A DNA stretch of 64,000 nt from Eledone cirrhosa. Its lineage: Eukaryota. Below, piece by piece: positions 13,312-27,400 of the stretch. The translations under genes were made by a program, and so were the position numbers. Below the pieces are notes generated by a model. The model saw only the letters and a program-made list of their open reading frames with translations. It was not told the origin of the DNA and searched no databases. Positions within the stretch are counted from its first letter, which is position 1. Every line of letters begins with the position of its first letter. Location of the stretch: contig OZ024741.1 of assembly GCA_964016885.1 (NCBI GenBank), forward strand, positions 26,474,001 to 26,538,000, written 5' to 3'.

Positions 13312-14408
13312 CTGAAAGATATTGCAGTTAGCTTCAAATGAAAATAAAACTACTGATGTTGATTAGTAGAGGAGTATTATTGCTAAAGGTTGGTGGGGGT
13401 TGCTAATGTGGTCCCTTCATGTATTACGTGTATAACTGTTAATAAAACAGTATTGTTGCTAATATGACCATTAGTTCTACTACATCTATGTCTGTTTGTT
13501 AAAGAGTATTGGTGGTTAAACTAAACATAACAAAATAATCTTGGTTCCATCTACTCTATATCAACCAATATTCTGCTATCACGTGCCAATGAGGGAGTAT
13601 ATATAAGATTGCTCAACCTGCTAGAAATAGTAACCAAGTCGCCCTCATATCACAATCTACTGTCTTAAAACAAAGAACAAATCTTGAAAATAAGAGACAC
13701 ACACATGGCTGTACTATCTTCATTCATCATAGGTGTGCTGGAATATGACTGACCTGTGGTTAAACAACAAAACTTATTCTATTATCAAATGTAGAGGTGA
13801 AGATCTGGAACTCTCACCTCACCACATACACAATGGATGAGTCTACCAAAGTTTCAAGTCACAGCCATTCCATTTTTTTATGTGGGAAATAGTTGGACAT
13901 GGAGGAATCAATCCTGTAGTCTCTCCATTTCTTGTTAAATATGTTAGGCAGTATGCTGAGGGAGATTTGGCTGCTATGTTGAGTAGAGGATGTGACTCTG
14001 TATAAGTTCCTTCCCTGTCTTTTCTTCATTAATAGTGGGAGATTTGGCTGCTTTGTTCAGCATATGATGTGACTATGTATTTCACCTCATTGGTATGGTG
14101 AGTAAGGAGAAGAGTTAAAGAACAGATTCTATGTATACTGTAAGGTAAACTTATGAAGGCATGTTGACTTAGTATTTAGAATTTCTGGCACACAATCAGC
14201 ACACCGAGTCCTTCACAAAGACATTATTTCACATTGCTCCAGTGTACTTAGCTGGAAAAAAGTGAGATGCAGCTGCAAATCAAAGGGCCAATCTGGAACA
14301 GTTGTCATGATAATGGACAGAGATGTGAAACAACATAAAGAAAACATTATTAATAGAACTAAAGAACATTTGTGGAGAAGGAGAAAGAAAAGAGAGAAGA
14401 ATAAATAC

Positions 14409-14490
14409 TTTTATTAAGTCTGCCCAACCAACCAGCAAGGTTCGGTCATCTTTCCAGCAGAGGTTGCATTGGTACAGGTCAGGTCGATTA
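14409..14490 (-). CDS. VPS41: VPS41 coding exon
   Basis: TTCCAG/GTATTT, 82 nt: (S)NRPDLYQCNLCWKDDRTLLVGWADLIK (cf. RPDMYPCSLCWKDNVTLIIGWG). Confidence 0.95.
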
Positions 14491-16051
14491 CTGGAAAGAC
14501 AATAAAGTTAATAGCATTGATATTGTTTACAAAATATGGATTTTTTTAAATTTCTAACTGTTGCAACTTCTCTCAGACTTCCAGACAGACATAACCAAGT
14601 GATATTACAACAGAGTACGTTGTTAGACAGACAGACATAACCAGGTGATGTTACAACAGAGTACATTGTTAGATAAACAGACAGAGACACACATACTCAC
14701 AGATATACACACACAGAGACAGACATAACCAAGTGATGTTAGAACAGAGTACATTGTTAGATAGACAGACAGACAGTGAGGCAGTCAGTCAGACAGACAG
14801 ACATAATCAAACAATGTTACAACAGAGTATATTGAATAGTTAAACACACAGACAGACAGACACACACAGAGAGGCAAACACACACACCCACAGACAAGCA
14901 GGCAGACACACACACATGCAAAAAACAGACTCACACGCAGATATACAGATACACACAGAGACTAATATATACAGACAGGCAGATATACAGATAGACAGCC
15001 AGAAAGAATTGCACACTTAACACCAGGCTGGTACTACCTTACCAGCAACATATCAACATACCAGCATAATTATATGAACATCTGATGATGTCACATGAGG
15101 CCTATTGATGTAACCATTGCAGGATTACTAACCACCATGTCATTGAAATGTGTATTAAGCAATAAAACAATTATGTAAATGTAACTATGTCTTAACACTA
15201 TTTCATAAGTGGAAAATCCGTCACGTTTAATCGTCACCATAATGCTGGAAAGAAACGACTGACATGGAGTGCTTTTGACTGCTTAAAGTGGATTATCTTC
15301 AGGGCGTTACTACGTAACCTTCATAGATAAACACCCTAATTATAAATATATATATATCCCTCTTACACCTCTCTAAGACAATGTTACTGCACCGAGATCT
15401 TTGGCGCTACGCAGTAATACAGAAAACCCGCCTTGCCTAAGTACAAAGCGAAACCCACAGTCAGTAGGCACCTCTTAATCAAATATACACCCCCATCCCA
15501 CTACCACAACTCCCCCACCCCTTTCTCTGTAAAGTTATGTTGGTACCACAACATCTAGGCCGAAACAAATGAGGTCGTGTAGGTGTCACGACAATAAAAA
15601 CACACAGTCCACGCTGTGATGTAGTCGTGTAGGTAACACGGTAAAAACCTCCCAGTCCACACTGTAAACGTGGTTGGTGTTAGGAAGGGCATCCAGCCGT
15701 AGAAAACCCGCCAGACAGTCCTGAGCAAGACAACCAATCTTGCCTCAAATGGGACAATTCCCGTCTAAACCCATACTAGCGTGGAAGATAGACGTTAAAG
15801 GATGATGATGATGATGATATATACACCTTTGGATTGTGTGTTTTTATTGTCGTGACACCTACACGACCTCAAAACCACTGTTTTGTAGAGAACCTTACTT
15901 CCGTTTTCAAATATATATATATATAATAATAATAGTAAAAAATAGGTTTTACTCATTTAGCAGGTGTATCTTAGCTCAATGCTATGATAATTGAAACAAC
16001 AGAGCCAATATATAATTGTAATGTAGTTACTAACCAAATTTAAAAGTTTAA

Positions 16052-16272
16052 CCCTTTAGCATTTATATTACTCTATATATACTATTGTATTTTCACTGTA
16101 AAGGCTTTATGTTACATAATTATCTCACATAATATCAATGCTACGAGATTTTGATGTTATTTATTTTGAGAACAATACTTTAACATCAGTATGAGCAACC
16201 AGTTATGGCCGGTTTGAACAGAAAGAAGTGAGAGAATTCTGGCCAGATACGGCCGGTTTAAATGCTAAAGGG
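16052..16272. mobile_element. piggyBac-type MITE copy 2 (opposite orientation)
   Basis: TTAA-CCCTTTAGCATTT ... AAATGCTAAAGGG-TTAA. Confidence 0.85.
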
Positions 16273-16442
16273 TTAAGATATTTAATTACTGACAATTGTT
16301 TCTTTCTATAAGAATGTACATTTAACAGCAAATTATTTCATTCAACAATCTGCTGTTAGTACAAACCCCAGGAGTCATCAGAGTTTGTTAAAATCATAAA
16401 CGATTAATAAAATACCACGACAAATTACTCAAAAATAGAGGC

Positions 16443-16765
16443 ATATCATCATCATCATCATTTCATTTTACGTCCGCTTTTTCCCTGCTTGCAAGGGTGG
16501 GACGGGAACTGATTCTGGCTTGATTTCTACAGCTGGATGCCCTTCCTAACACCAACCTCATTTACAGTGAGTGCTGGGTGCTTTTTTGCCGTGGAATGAT
16601 ATGGACCCCAGTCCCTATCATCTCATTTTTACAGCTGAGTAAACTGGAGCAATGAGAAATAAAGTGTCTTGCTCAAGGAAACAACACATCACCCGGTCTG
16701 AGAATTGAACTCACAACCTTTTGATTGCAAGGCCAATGCTCTAACCACTAAGCCATGTGCCTCCA
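16443..16765 (-). mobile_element. SINE family A copy (internal deletion)
   Basis: Reverse complement of family A head and tail. Confidence 0.85.
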
Positions 16766-16833
16766 TGCATATATATGTATATATATATATATTATTCAAA
16801 ATGTTAAATGAAAAATATTCTCATAATCAAAAT

Positions 16834-16902
16834 ATATATTTTATTATACATATTTCAAAGGTACAATGGTGTTTAAGTACGTTTTCATCAGATAAAATAT
16901 AT
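16834..16902 (-). ncRNA. Type I hammerhead ribozyme (mirror copy with stem II deletion at 17008-17065, +)
   Basis: AUAUAUUUUAU-CUGAUGA-AAACGUAC..GUACCUUU-GAAA-UAUGUA-UA/AUAAAAUAUAU; 11-bp stem I. Confidence 0.75.
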
Positions 16903-17544
16903 GATTTGATACGAGACATACCGCTACGGTTTTGATTATTCAATTCCAGTATTGGCAATACCGGAATTGAATAATCAAAACCGTAGCGGTATGTCACATA
17001 TCAAATCATATATTTTGTCTGATGAAAACATACTTAAACCTTTGAAATATGTATAATAAAATATATATTTTGATTATGAGAATATTTTTCATTTATTAAC
17101 ATTTTGAATAATATTAAAAACTCCAGGAAATTCCACTGTTGAGTGCTTCTAATCTATTGTAATATTGTATTCATTGAGTAATCAACGAACCATATTAATC
17201 TTTGGTTATATATATATATATATCATATAATATTATATTATGTGGAATAGAGATGGCTACATGCACACACATAGAAACTTCTATATACACACACAGATAC
17301 TTCCATATATAGAAATGCAGACACAGTGACACATTTAGAATTAATCATTTCCCCTCCCCTCTTTTTCCTCCTCCTCACCTCTCCATATTTTCTTTGTTAT
17401 TTAATTTAAAACAGAAAAGACAAAACATCTTGTATATTCTTATTTTTTCTCCCCGCCACCCATCATTTCATCATCATGTAGACATTTTTATTTTTATCTT
17501 CTAAACTTGTTTTAATAAATATCTGCCCCCACCCCACCCCCACG

Positions 17545-17993
17545 TGCAATCGAAAGGTTGTGAGTTCAAATCTCAGACCGGGTGATGTGTTGTTTCCTTG
17601 AGCAAGACACTTTATTTCACATTGCTCCAGTTTACTCAGCTGTAGAAATGAGATGATAGGACTGGAGTCCCTATCATTCCACTGCAAAGTGGTGGTCGTT
17701 GGGGTGCCACGGCTAAAAAGCACCCAGCCCACACTGTAAAGTGGATGTGTAGGTGCCACGGAAAAAAAGTACCCAGCACTCACTGTAAAGTGGATGTGTA
17801 GGTGCCACGGAAAAAAAGTACCCAGCACTCACTGTAAAGTGGATGTGTAGGTGCCACGGAAAAAAAGTACCCAGCACTCACTGTAAATGAGGTTGGTGTT
17901 AGGAAGGGCATCCAGCTGTAGAAGTCAAGCCAGAATCAGTTCCCGTCCCACCCTTGCAAGCAGGGAAAAGTGGACGTAAAATGATGATGATGA
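17545..17993 (+). mobile_element. SINE family A copy with internal tandem expansion of a ~50-bp segment
   Basis: CACTGTAAAGTGGATGTGTAGGTGCCACGGAAAAAAAGTACCCAGCACT repeated three times. Confidence 0.82.
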
Positions 17994-18049
17994 TACACAC
18001 ACAAACATATATATAAACACACACACACACACATATATATATCGTCGTC

Positions 18050-18244
18050 AAGGGCAGTGAATTGGCAGTATTGGTAGAGGGTCGGACGCCATGCTTTGAT
18101 GCATAGAGTTACGGCCCTTGCCATTCTGAGTTCAAATCCCGCCGAGGTTAACTTTGCCTTTCATCTTTACGGGGGTCGATAAAATAAAGTACCAGTAATG
18201 TACTGGGTGTTTGCTGGCCGTGTGCCAATAGTAGAAACAATTAT
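18050..18244 (+). mobile_element. tRNA-derived SINE family B; second copy ~10430-10620 on minus strand
   Basis: Degenerate A/B boxes (GAGTTCAAATCCC) followed by GCCTTTCATC..GGGGTCGATAAAATAAAGTACCAG core; two homologous copies. Confidence 0.75.
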
Positions 18245-18270
18245 TGTTTTTATGTCCACTTTAAAAATGA

Positions 18271-18334
<64 letters not shown>

Positions 18335-18752
18335 AAAATAATCCTTTTACCTCTATTAATATAGTTTTAGGTCGATAGTGTCTAAGTAATTAGAACTTCT
18401 AATTATGGATATTTTTATTACTGAATTAAGCTTCCATAATTTTTATTTTGTTTTTCTAATAGATTCTATTAATGTTATTCTTATAATTGTTGTTACTTCA
18501 ATAAGTATCATTAAACTTATAAATTCTAGTTGTATTCCTATAACAATATTTTAGTGTGTAGTACACGTGTATTAGAGTGTAAAAGTAAAGTAAAGTAATT
18601 TTTAGTCACTGCATGTTATATCTTTATTACTTTAATTCTGTTTTTAGTTTTCCATAAAGTTTTAATGTATTCCCAACTGTATTGTAAATTTGTTTGTTTT
18701 CAGAATGGAGATGTTCAGTCATGTGTTTGGTAAATAATGTTATGTTATTTAT

Positions 18753-18840
18753 GTTGTTTAATAGATTCTGACGAAATCAATAGAGAAAAAATGGAATTTC
18801 TTACTGCATTGACAGAAACGTTTGTAAATCAATTAAATAA
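18753..18840 (+). ncRNA. Type I hammerhead ribozyme
   Basis: UUUAAUAGAUU-CUGACGA-AAUCAAU..AUUGACA-GAAA-CGUUUG-UA/AAUCAAUUAAA. Confidence 0.7.
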
Positions 18841-18885
18841 TTTAATTTAATCCTGGTTATTCTTCTTCATTATATATATATATCC

Positions 18886-19190
18886 TGCGTGTGGCTTTAT
18901 GGTTAGGGTATTTGGCTCATGATTGAAAGGTTAGGAGTTCAATTACAGGTGGCACATTGTGTCCGTGAGCAAGACACTTTATTTCATGGTGCTCCAGTTC
19001 ACTCAGCTGTACCTGTAAATTCAAAGGGACAGCCATCTCACATTGTGTGTCATGCTGAATCTCCCCGAGAACTATATTAAGGGTAAGCATGTTTGCGGAA
19101 TGTTCAGCTAACTGCATCTAAATTTCACAAGGAGGCTGTTCTGTTGATCGTATCAACTGGAACACTTGTCATTGTAATCAACGGAGCATC
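18886..19190 (+). mobile_element. Degenerate tRNA-head SINE with shared core
   Basis: GTGGCTTTATGG..GAGTTCAATT, GTGAGCAAGACACTTTATTTC core, different tail. Confidence 0.65.
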
Positions 19191-19278
19191 ACTAATTAAT
19201 TAATATCTCCCAGATTTCAAATAATACTCAATACTTATTAAATTTGACTAATTTATCTCCAGCAAAATTTTATTTTAA

Positions 19279-19929
19279 CCCTTTAGCATTTACATTACTC
19301 TATATATCATCATCATCACTGTTTTACGTCCGTTCTTCCACACTAGCATGGGTTAGACGGGTTGTCCTGTTGTGGGTAATGTCCGGTCGGCTGACCTTCT
19401 CTTGCTCATACGGGAACTGATTATGGCTCGATTTCTACAGCTGGATGCCCTTCCTAACACCAACCTCATTTACAGTGAGTGCTGGGTGCTTTTTTTCCAA
19501 GGCGCCTACACGTCCACTTTACAATGTGGGCTGGGTGCTTTTTTGCCATGGCCCTCCACGACCACTTTGCAGTGGAATGATAGGGACCCCAGTCCTATCA
19601 TCTTATTTCTATAGCTGAGCAAACTGGAGCAATGTGAAATAAAGTGTCTTGCTCAAAGAAACAACACATCACCCGGTCCGAGAATTGAACTCACAACCTT
19701 TCGATTGCACGCCCAATGCTCTAACCACTAAGCCATGTGCCTTCACTATTGTATTTTCATCGTAAAGGCTTTACCTCAGATAATATCTCACATAATGTCA
19801 AATCTATGAGAATCTGATATTATTTATTTTGCAAACAATACATTAGTATGAGTGGCCAGGTATAGCCAGTTTGAACAAAAAGAGGTGAGAGAATTCTGGC
19901 CGGATACAGCCGGTTTAAATGCTAAAGGG
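19279..19929. mobile_element. piggyBac-type MITE copy 3 interrupted by a SINE (~19305-19745)
   Basis: Same TIRs and TTAA flanks; internal sequence resumes after the SINE. Confidence 0.8.
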
Positions 19930-20250
19930 TTAAGTGGTAGCATTCCTGTGACAATTTTTTTAGACTTTAAAAAACATTATACATGACAAAAAAAGTATAT
20001 TACAAGAAATCCCATATGTTATAAAATAAATAGGATGGGTTGGGGTCTCAATATGTAAACTAAACGACTAATTCTGGTTTATAAAAAAATCAACGGAGAC
20101 AAACTAGAAAAATTTCTGATTTTCCAACCCCTCTTTATTATTTGGGACCCGAGAGTAGGTACTTTGAACCATTTAACCAAGAGACCATGACAACATTAAC
20201 AAAATTAATAATAATCGTAATAACAAGAATATTAAAGAGAAAAGACATAC

Positions 20251-20312
20251 CTGTGATCTTTTGGAATGTTGGTAATACGGCACTCTAGACTCATGTCATA
20301 AATTTTGACACC
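20251..20312 (-). CDS. VPS41: VPS41 coding exon
   Basis: CCCAG/GTATG, 62 nt: GVKIYDMSLECRITNIPKDH + 2 nt; phase matches the next exon. Confidence 0.93.
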
Positions 20313-21951
20313 CTGGGTGGGGAAAGAAAATAGAAAGTGAGTGAGGAGGGATCATATGTATTTCTTTATCTCAATCCTTCCCCCACCCTTATCCACTTCA
20401 TCATGAGACACCTCTCCCTTCACATTCATTATCATGAATATCATCATCATCGTCATTTTAACGTCTTCTTTTCCCTGCCAGCAAGAATTGGACAGGTCAG
20501 TACTGAAGCCAAGCCAGTGATCTCCCAGATGGGCTATAGATCTGCATCTTGCTTATGTATAGTCTCATTCATCAATAAACAATCAGAACGTTTAACTTTA
20601 ATATTTAAATCATCAATCAATGTTTTAACTATTGTTATATTAGGGGATGGTCATGTTGCCAATATTAACAATAGAAAGAAACACACACCATATAATTTTC
20701 ACTTTATTGTTTTAACTCCATGTATTCTAGTGTAGGTTTGATGGATTTTAACATTATCATTATTATGTTGGACATATTATCACAGACTAACCAGTACTCA
20801 AGTGGAGCCTCTGACCTCCTGGTGGGCTAGGGGCTCAACATATGATCCTATACTCTACTCTTTTATAATGGAAAGTTGTCATGTTCTTAGCATAGCTGAA
20901 GAGTCTTTCCAATCTTATGTTTGGTAGGTTTTCCTACAGTGGGATGTTCTTATTACCAACCGTTTACTTTTGTAAAATTTATAATGCAAATGTTTCCCTG
21001 CCAAACCTCAAAGGGTTCTTGTAGTTGTTATTTAGCCCCAGGTCAATCCAGCCCTATGATCAAAAGTATCCCAGCTATGACCACCCCATCTTTTTAAGTG
21101 GTATGTCTAACACTAAATTATCTAATATTTCCTTTCCTCATTTTAATATGGTAGGAGAGAAATCTAAGTACTATGTCTAACAAGTAGACCAACCATGTAG
21201 AGGTTCTCTTGTAGACTATTATCAGCTGGTGTTTAGCCATGGTTTCATGGCCTCAACCTCAATTGCAGGCATATCACTGTCTGGACAACATTGTTATCAA
21301 CATCATTTTTATGACATTTTTCTTTTCCATGTTAGTATGGGTTGAACTAGACACCTTCAAAGAGTGTTTCTACAGCCCGATGCCTTTTCTGATGTGAACC
21401 AATCTTTGTCAAAACTGTATGCTGTGAGAGAGAACGTTATATAATTTCCCAAAACAGTGTGGAACTCATAAATATATTTTTCAGAGACTAACCACCCACA
21501 TAATTTTAATAAAGCATTATATGAAACAACATTTTTTTTAGAGAGAAAATCTACTCATATATTTATTTTAAAAAATTGATTAAATTTTATTAACTCCTTC
21601 ATTGCAATATTTTTAATGAAAGATGCTGCTTATGATTTTAAAAATAATAAAAAATTTGGAGAGATTTAGTAATATAACTTTCCCATTATTAAGCTGGTGT
21701 TTGGAACACAAAGGTTCTTACCTATAATTGTGTTGGTAGGTTTTAGATATTTATAGACACTTTAAAGTAAACAGTTTTGTATAATAGATACAATCAAGAA
21801 GAGTTTTCAGGTGGCTTGTTATCAAAAGTTTTAAAAGGCACCTTATTGGGAGGAACCCCAGAATTTTTTTATGGAAGCCACTTTGGGAACTAGTAAATTA
21901 GAGAAATCATCATCATTGTTTAACATCTATCTTCCACACTATATGGATACA

Positions 21952-22051
21952 CAGGGTGTCTCCAAAAAATGTATACACACTTTGATTACCTGTACAGGCA
22001 ATATTTATTAGAATGCTGTTGGAGTGTGTATACAATTTTTGGGACACACTG
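21952..22051. mobile_element. ~100-bp Tc1/mariner-type MITE
   Basis: TIR CAGGGTGTCTCCAAAAAATGTATACACACT ... AGTGTGTATACAATTTTTGGGACACACTG; related inverted copy at ~5022-5095. Confidence 0.65.
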
Positions 22052-22169
22052 TATGTATATGTGCATATATATATTATATATCATCATCATTGTTTTTTAC
22101 ATCAACGCGATAATGATGATGATGATATATATAAATTTTTAAAAATGTTTCTTCCAAAATTTTACTTAC

Positions 22170-22289
22170 CTTATCATTAGCCCAGGCTATGAGGAAAGAT
22201 TTCCATTTAATGTTACGGATTGGACCTTCACCTTTGTGTAAGACATAATTCTTATAACGACCAAGGAAATTTTTTTCTCCAAGAACAAG
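22170..22289 (-). CDS. VPS41: VPS41 coding exon
   Basis: TTTCAG/GTAAGT, 120 nt: LVLGEKNFLGRYKNYVLHKGEGPIRNIKWKSFLIAWANDK (cf. VPS41 VLHEGEGNIRSVKWRGHLIAWANN). Confidence 0.95.
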
Positions 22290-22359
22290 CTGAAATGATT
22301 AGAACATAATAGAATATATATACATGGTGGCTTTTGTGAAATTGTTCTACAGCCAGACA

Positions 22360-23065
22360 CATCTCTAAAACTGTCAAGAAGGCCGAGGGTGTTTTAGCAT
22401 CACTCAGCAAGACCTTTGTCAGCCGCTCTCCAGCTATCTATTTAAAGCTGTACATAGCTATGGTGCGGCCACACTTAGAATTTGCATCACCAGTCTGGAA
22501 CCCCTATCTTGCTCAGAACATTGACCGCCTGGAAACTGTTCAGAGACGTGCAACCAAGCGAATACCCTCCATCAGGCATCTACCATACTCTGAACTCCTT
22601 GCTTCCCTGGGCATGGATACATTGAAGCTCCGACGTCTGGCAACTGACTTGGTAAACACCCATAAAATTATTAACCATCTTGCCAACAACAACCCTGAGT
22701 ACCTTTTTGATTTCCATGTGTCTAACACACGTGGGCATGCCTACAAAGTCAGAAAACAGCACAGCTCCCATGACTTTCGGAAACATCTTTTCACGCTCAG
22801 AGTTGCTGAAGCATGGAACAAACTACCTGCATCAGTTGTTAGCTGTCGAGACACTGCATCCTTTAAAACCTCCATGCTTCCTGAGATTCTCCAACACTGC
22901 ACCTGATATCCCCACTCCATACACATACACACATCTATATCATGACTCATACACTATTCACTTCCCTGACATTTGTATATTATTCTATGTACTATACATG
23001 CACCTTTGATGAGTTGTAGTGCACCTGAGCACTGTACACAATAATTTCATTATTATTTATTATTA
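22360..23065 (+). mobile_element. CR1/L2-group LINE 3' fragment
   Basis: VRPHLEFASPVWNPY..LETVQRRATK..TRGH..F.LRV..WNKLP are C-terminal ORF2 motifs; followed by a short UTR and an ATT-rich tail. Confidence 0.85.
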
Positions 23066-24479
23066 TATGTATATGTGTGTGTGTATATATATATATATAT
23101 ATAATACAGAAAGGAAGAGAGATAAAAAACATGCATAGTCACTTGTTAGACATTAGCATATGACAGGCTTCTGCACAGTTTCTGTCAGCCAAATTTATTC
23201 ACAAGGCATTGGCTACCTTGAAGCGATAGGAAAAGATACTTGCCGAAAGGGCCACACAATGAAATTAAACTTGAAAGCATATGACTGCGAAGTGAACTTT
23301 TTAATCACATGACCATCAAAGATGTGACTGTTCCACACATTATTTTAAAACTATCCTATATCACAAAGAGTTGAATAAGGAGTTCAACTACTTATCGAAA
23401 TGTAGATAGTTTGACCATACCAGTTATATACTGATATAGGCATACAAACTATATGACAGCAACAGATAGGAGCAGAACAAAATAGGAAAAAAACAAATTA
23501 TTTCCTGAGAACTCATTTATGCTAACATCTACATTTCAATGTCATACATACATCACAAATTATATATTCTTTTAAACATACACACATGTATACACACATA
23601 TATACACGTTTTATACTTCTTTATATTCAATGTCTCATGTTTCACTGCCGTACATTTAACCTTTTCATATGAAATTGCCTGAAACTGTCCTCAATCTACA
23701 ATAAAAAGTTTTGTCTATTTTAAAATGTCCATATTCTATTTACAAAAAATTCCAACCATAAATTTATGCAAGAACCTTTATTAAGTTATGCATCAAACAC
23801 AAACTTAATGAAAAGGTTTGGTATATTATTTCCCATGTGCACGGGTTGAGGCATACATCTAGTATGCACCACCTTCTCTTCCATCATCCCAGCCATACAC
23901 ATCCCACGTCCTAACACCCAATCCATCTAGATCTACCTCCCCAAACCAAGTCCCCAGTCCACACTGTAAAGTGGTCATGTAGGTGTCATAACAAAAAGTA
24001 CCCAGTCCACATGGTAAAGTGGTTGTGTAGGTGTCGTGACAAAAATCTCCCAGCTTACACTGTAAGTGGTTGTGTAGGTGCCACAACAAAAAGCACACAG
24101 TACTCACTGTAAATGAGGTTGGTGTTAGGAAGAGCATCCAGCTGTAGAAACCAAATCAAAAAACAGTTCTGTATAAGCAAGACACAGTCATCCAACTTGG
24201 CTTGTCACACAATGGGACAACTCTTCTAACCCATGCTAGCATGGAAAATGGACGTTAAACAGTGATGATGCTGATGACAAACACTTTAACATACTGTTTT
24301 GTAACATAGAACCAGTTTCAGCCAGTTTTGTATGAAAAGGGATCACAACAAAGACTCATCACTAAAATTCTACACTGCATTTGGAATTGGAAACTGAGGA
24401 ATTCTCAAGACTAGAGAATTGCTGTAAATATATTTGATTGGAATTGAGGGGTGAGATATAGAGAAATAGATGGAACAGA

Positions 24480-27400
24480 GATGATGATGATAATGATGCA
24501 GGGTGGTGATGATGACTACAGAAGATGGTGATGGTGATGATGACAACAGAAGATAAATATGGTGATGTTGATAATGGTTATCATGACAATGGTAGCTATG
24601 ATGATGATGATGGTAGCAATGATGAAAACAGAATATCATGATGATGATAGTGAGATGATGATGATAGTGTTCCTGACAATGATGATGATGATAATGATGA
24701 TGACAATAATAGTGATGAGGGTAATGACAATGATGATGATGGCAGCAATGATGATAGTGATAGTCATGATGATGATGATGATGGTAGCAATGATGATAGT
24801 GATAGTCATGATGATGATAGTGATAATGATGATGTTGGTGATAATGATGATGATGGTGGTAACAATGAAGATGACAAAAGAATGGAAGAAGAAAACAAAA
24901 AACAACCAAAAACCAAAAAAGAAAAAAAAAAGAAAAAAAAATGAAATCAAAACCCAGCAAAGAAAGATGTTGCATGTTGTAAAAGGCAAGTGTTGTCTAG
25001 CTTGTTGCACTGTTGCAGGCAGAGTGCACACTGCAGCGGTGGTGGTGTAATAACAGAGAAGATATTGGAGAGTTAGCGCTAACTTTACAATTTTTGTTGA
25101 TAGTAAGCTGAACAGAAACAATCTGACTGTTATTGATTTTAAAATGACTAAGTATTGAAAACAGCAGCCAACCACCACCACTATAGCTACTACTACCACC
25201 ACCACTATAGCTACTACTACCACCACTATAGCTACTACTACCACCACCACCACTATAGCTACTACTACCACCACCACTATAGCTACAACTACCACCACTA
25301 TAGCTACTACTACTACCACCACTATAGCTACAACTACCACCACTATAGCTACTACTACCACCACTATAGCTACTACTACCACCACCACTATAGCTACTAC
25401 TACCACCACCACTATAGCTACTACTACCACCACTATAGCTACTACTACCACCACCACCACTATAGCTACTACTACCACCACCACTATAGCTACAACTACC
25501 ACCACTATAGCTACTACTACTACCACCACTATAGCTACAACTACCACCACTATAGCTACTACTACCACCACTATAGCTACTACTACCACCACCACTATAG
25601 CTACTACTACCACCACCACTATAGCTACTACTACCACCACTATAGCTACTACTACCACCACCACCACTATAGCTACTACTACCACCACCACTATAGCTAC
25701 AACTACCACCACTATAGCTACTACTACTACCACCACTATAGCTACAACTACCACCACTATAGCTACTACTACCACCACTATAGCTACTACTACCACCACC
25801 ACTATAGCTACTACTACCACCACCACTATAGCTACTACTACCACCACTATAGCTACTACTACCACCACTATAGCTACTACTACCACCACCACTATAGCTA
25901 CTACTACTACCACCACTATAGCTACAACTACCACCACTATAGCTACTACTACCACCACTATAGCTACTACTACCACCACCACTATAGCTACTACTACCAC
26001 CACTATAGCTACTACTACCACCACCACTATAGCTACTACTACCACCACTATAGCTACTACTACCACCACTATAGCTACTACTACCACCACCACTATAGCT
26101 ACTACTACCACCACTATAGCTACTACTACCACCACCACTATAGCTACTACTACCACCACTATAGCTACTACTACCACCACTATAGCTACTACTACCACCA
26201 CCACTATAGCTACTACTACCACCACTATAGCTACTACTACCACCACCACTATAGCTACTACTACCACCACTATAGCTACTACTACCACCACTATAGCTAC
26301 TACTACCACCACCACTATAGCTACTACTACCACCACTATAGCTACTACTACCACCGCCACTATAGCTACTACTACCACCACTATAGCTACTACTACCACC
26401 ACCACCACTATAGCTACTACTACCACCACCACTATAGCTAGTACTACCACCACCACTATAGCTAGTACTACCACCACCACTATAGCTACTACTACCACCA
26501 CCACTATAGCTAGTACCACCACCACTATAGCTACTACTACCACCACCACTACAGCTAGTACCACCACCACCAATACCACCACCACCACCACCACATACAC
26601 TACAGCTACTACTAGTACCACCACCACCACCACCACATACACCACACCTATTACTATTACTAGTACCACTACCACCGTCACCACATATACTACAACTACT
26701 ACTATTATTAGTATCACTACTACCACCACCACCCCATATACTACTACTACTACTATTATTACTAGTACCACTACTACCACCACATACACTACATCTACTA
26801 ATATTACTAGTACCACTACTACCACCACCACATTCACTACATCTACTACTATTACTAGTACCACTACTACCACCACCACATATACTACAACTACTACTAT
26901 TACTATTACCACTACTACCACCACCACATATACTACAACTACTACTATTACTGGTACCACCACTGCTACCACCACATACACTACAGCTACTACTACAACT
27001 AATACTACTGGTACTACCACTACCTATACAGAACTGCTACTACTATCACCACTACCACATACACTACAACTATTACTGGTACCACCTCTATCACCACTAC
27101 CACATACACTACAACTACTACTATTACTACTACCACCACCACCTCATACACAACTACTATAACTACTACTACCACCTCTATTATACTGAGCTAGTACTAC
27201 TACTATTGGAACTACTAGTGGTACCACTACCTTATACACAACAACTACTACTACTACAATAATCATCTCTCCTACTACCTCCACCGCCAAAACAACCATC
27301 TCTACAACCACCACCACCACCACTACAACAACCATCTCTACAACCACCACCACCACCACTACAACAACCATCTCTACAACCACCACCACCACCACTACAA

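Noticed and set aside
15181-15310. Minus-strand CUGAAGA...GAAA with long spacer
   Set aside because: Stem I and stem III pair poorly; at best a decayed relic.
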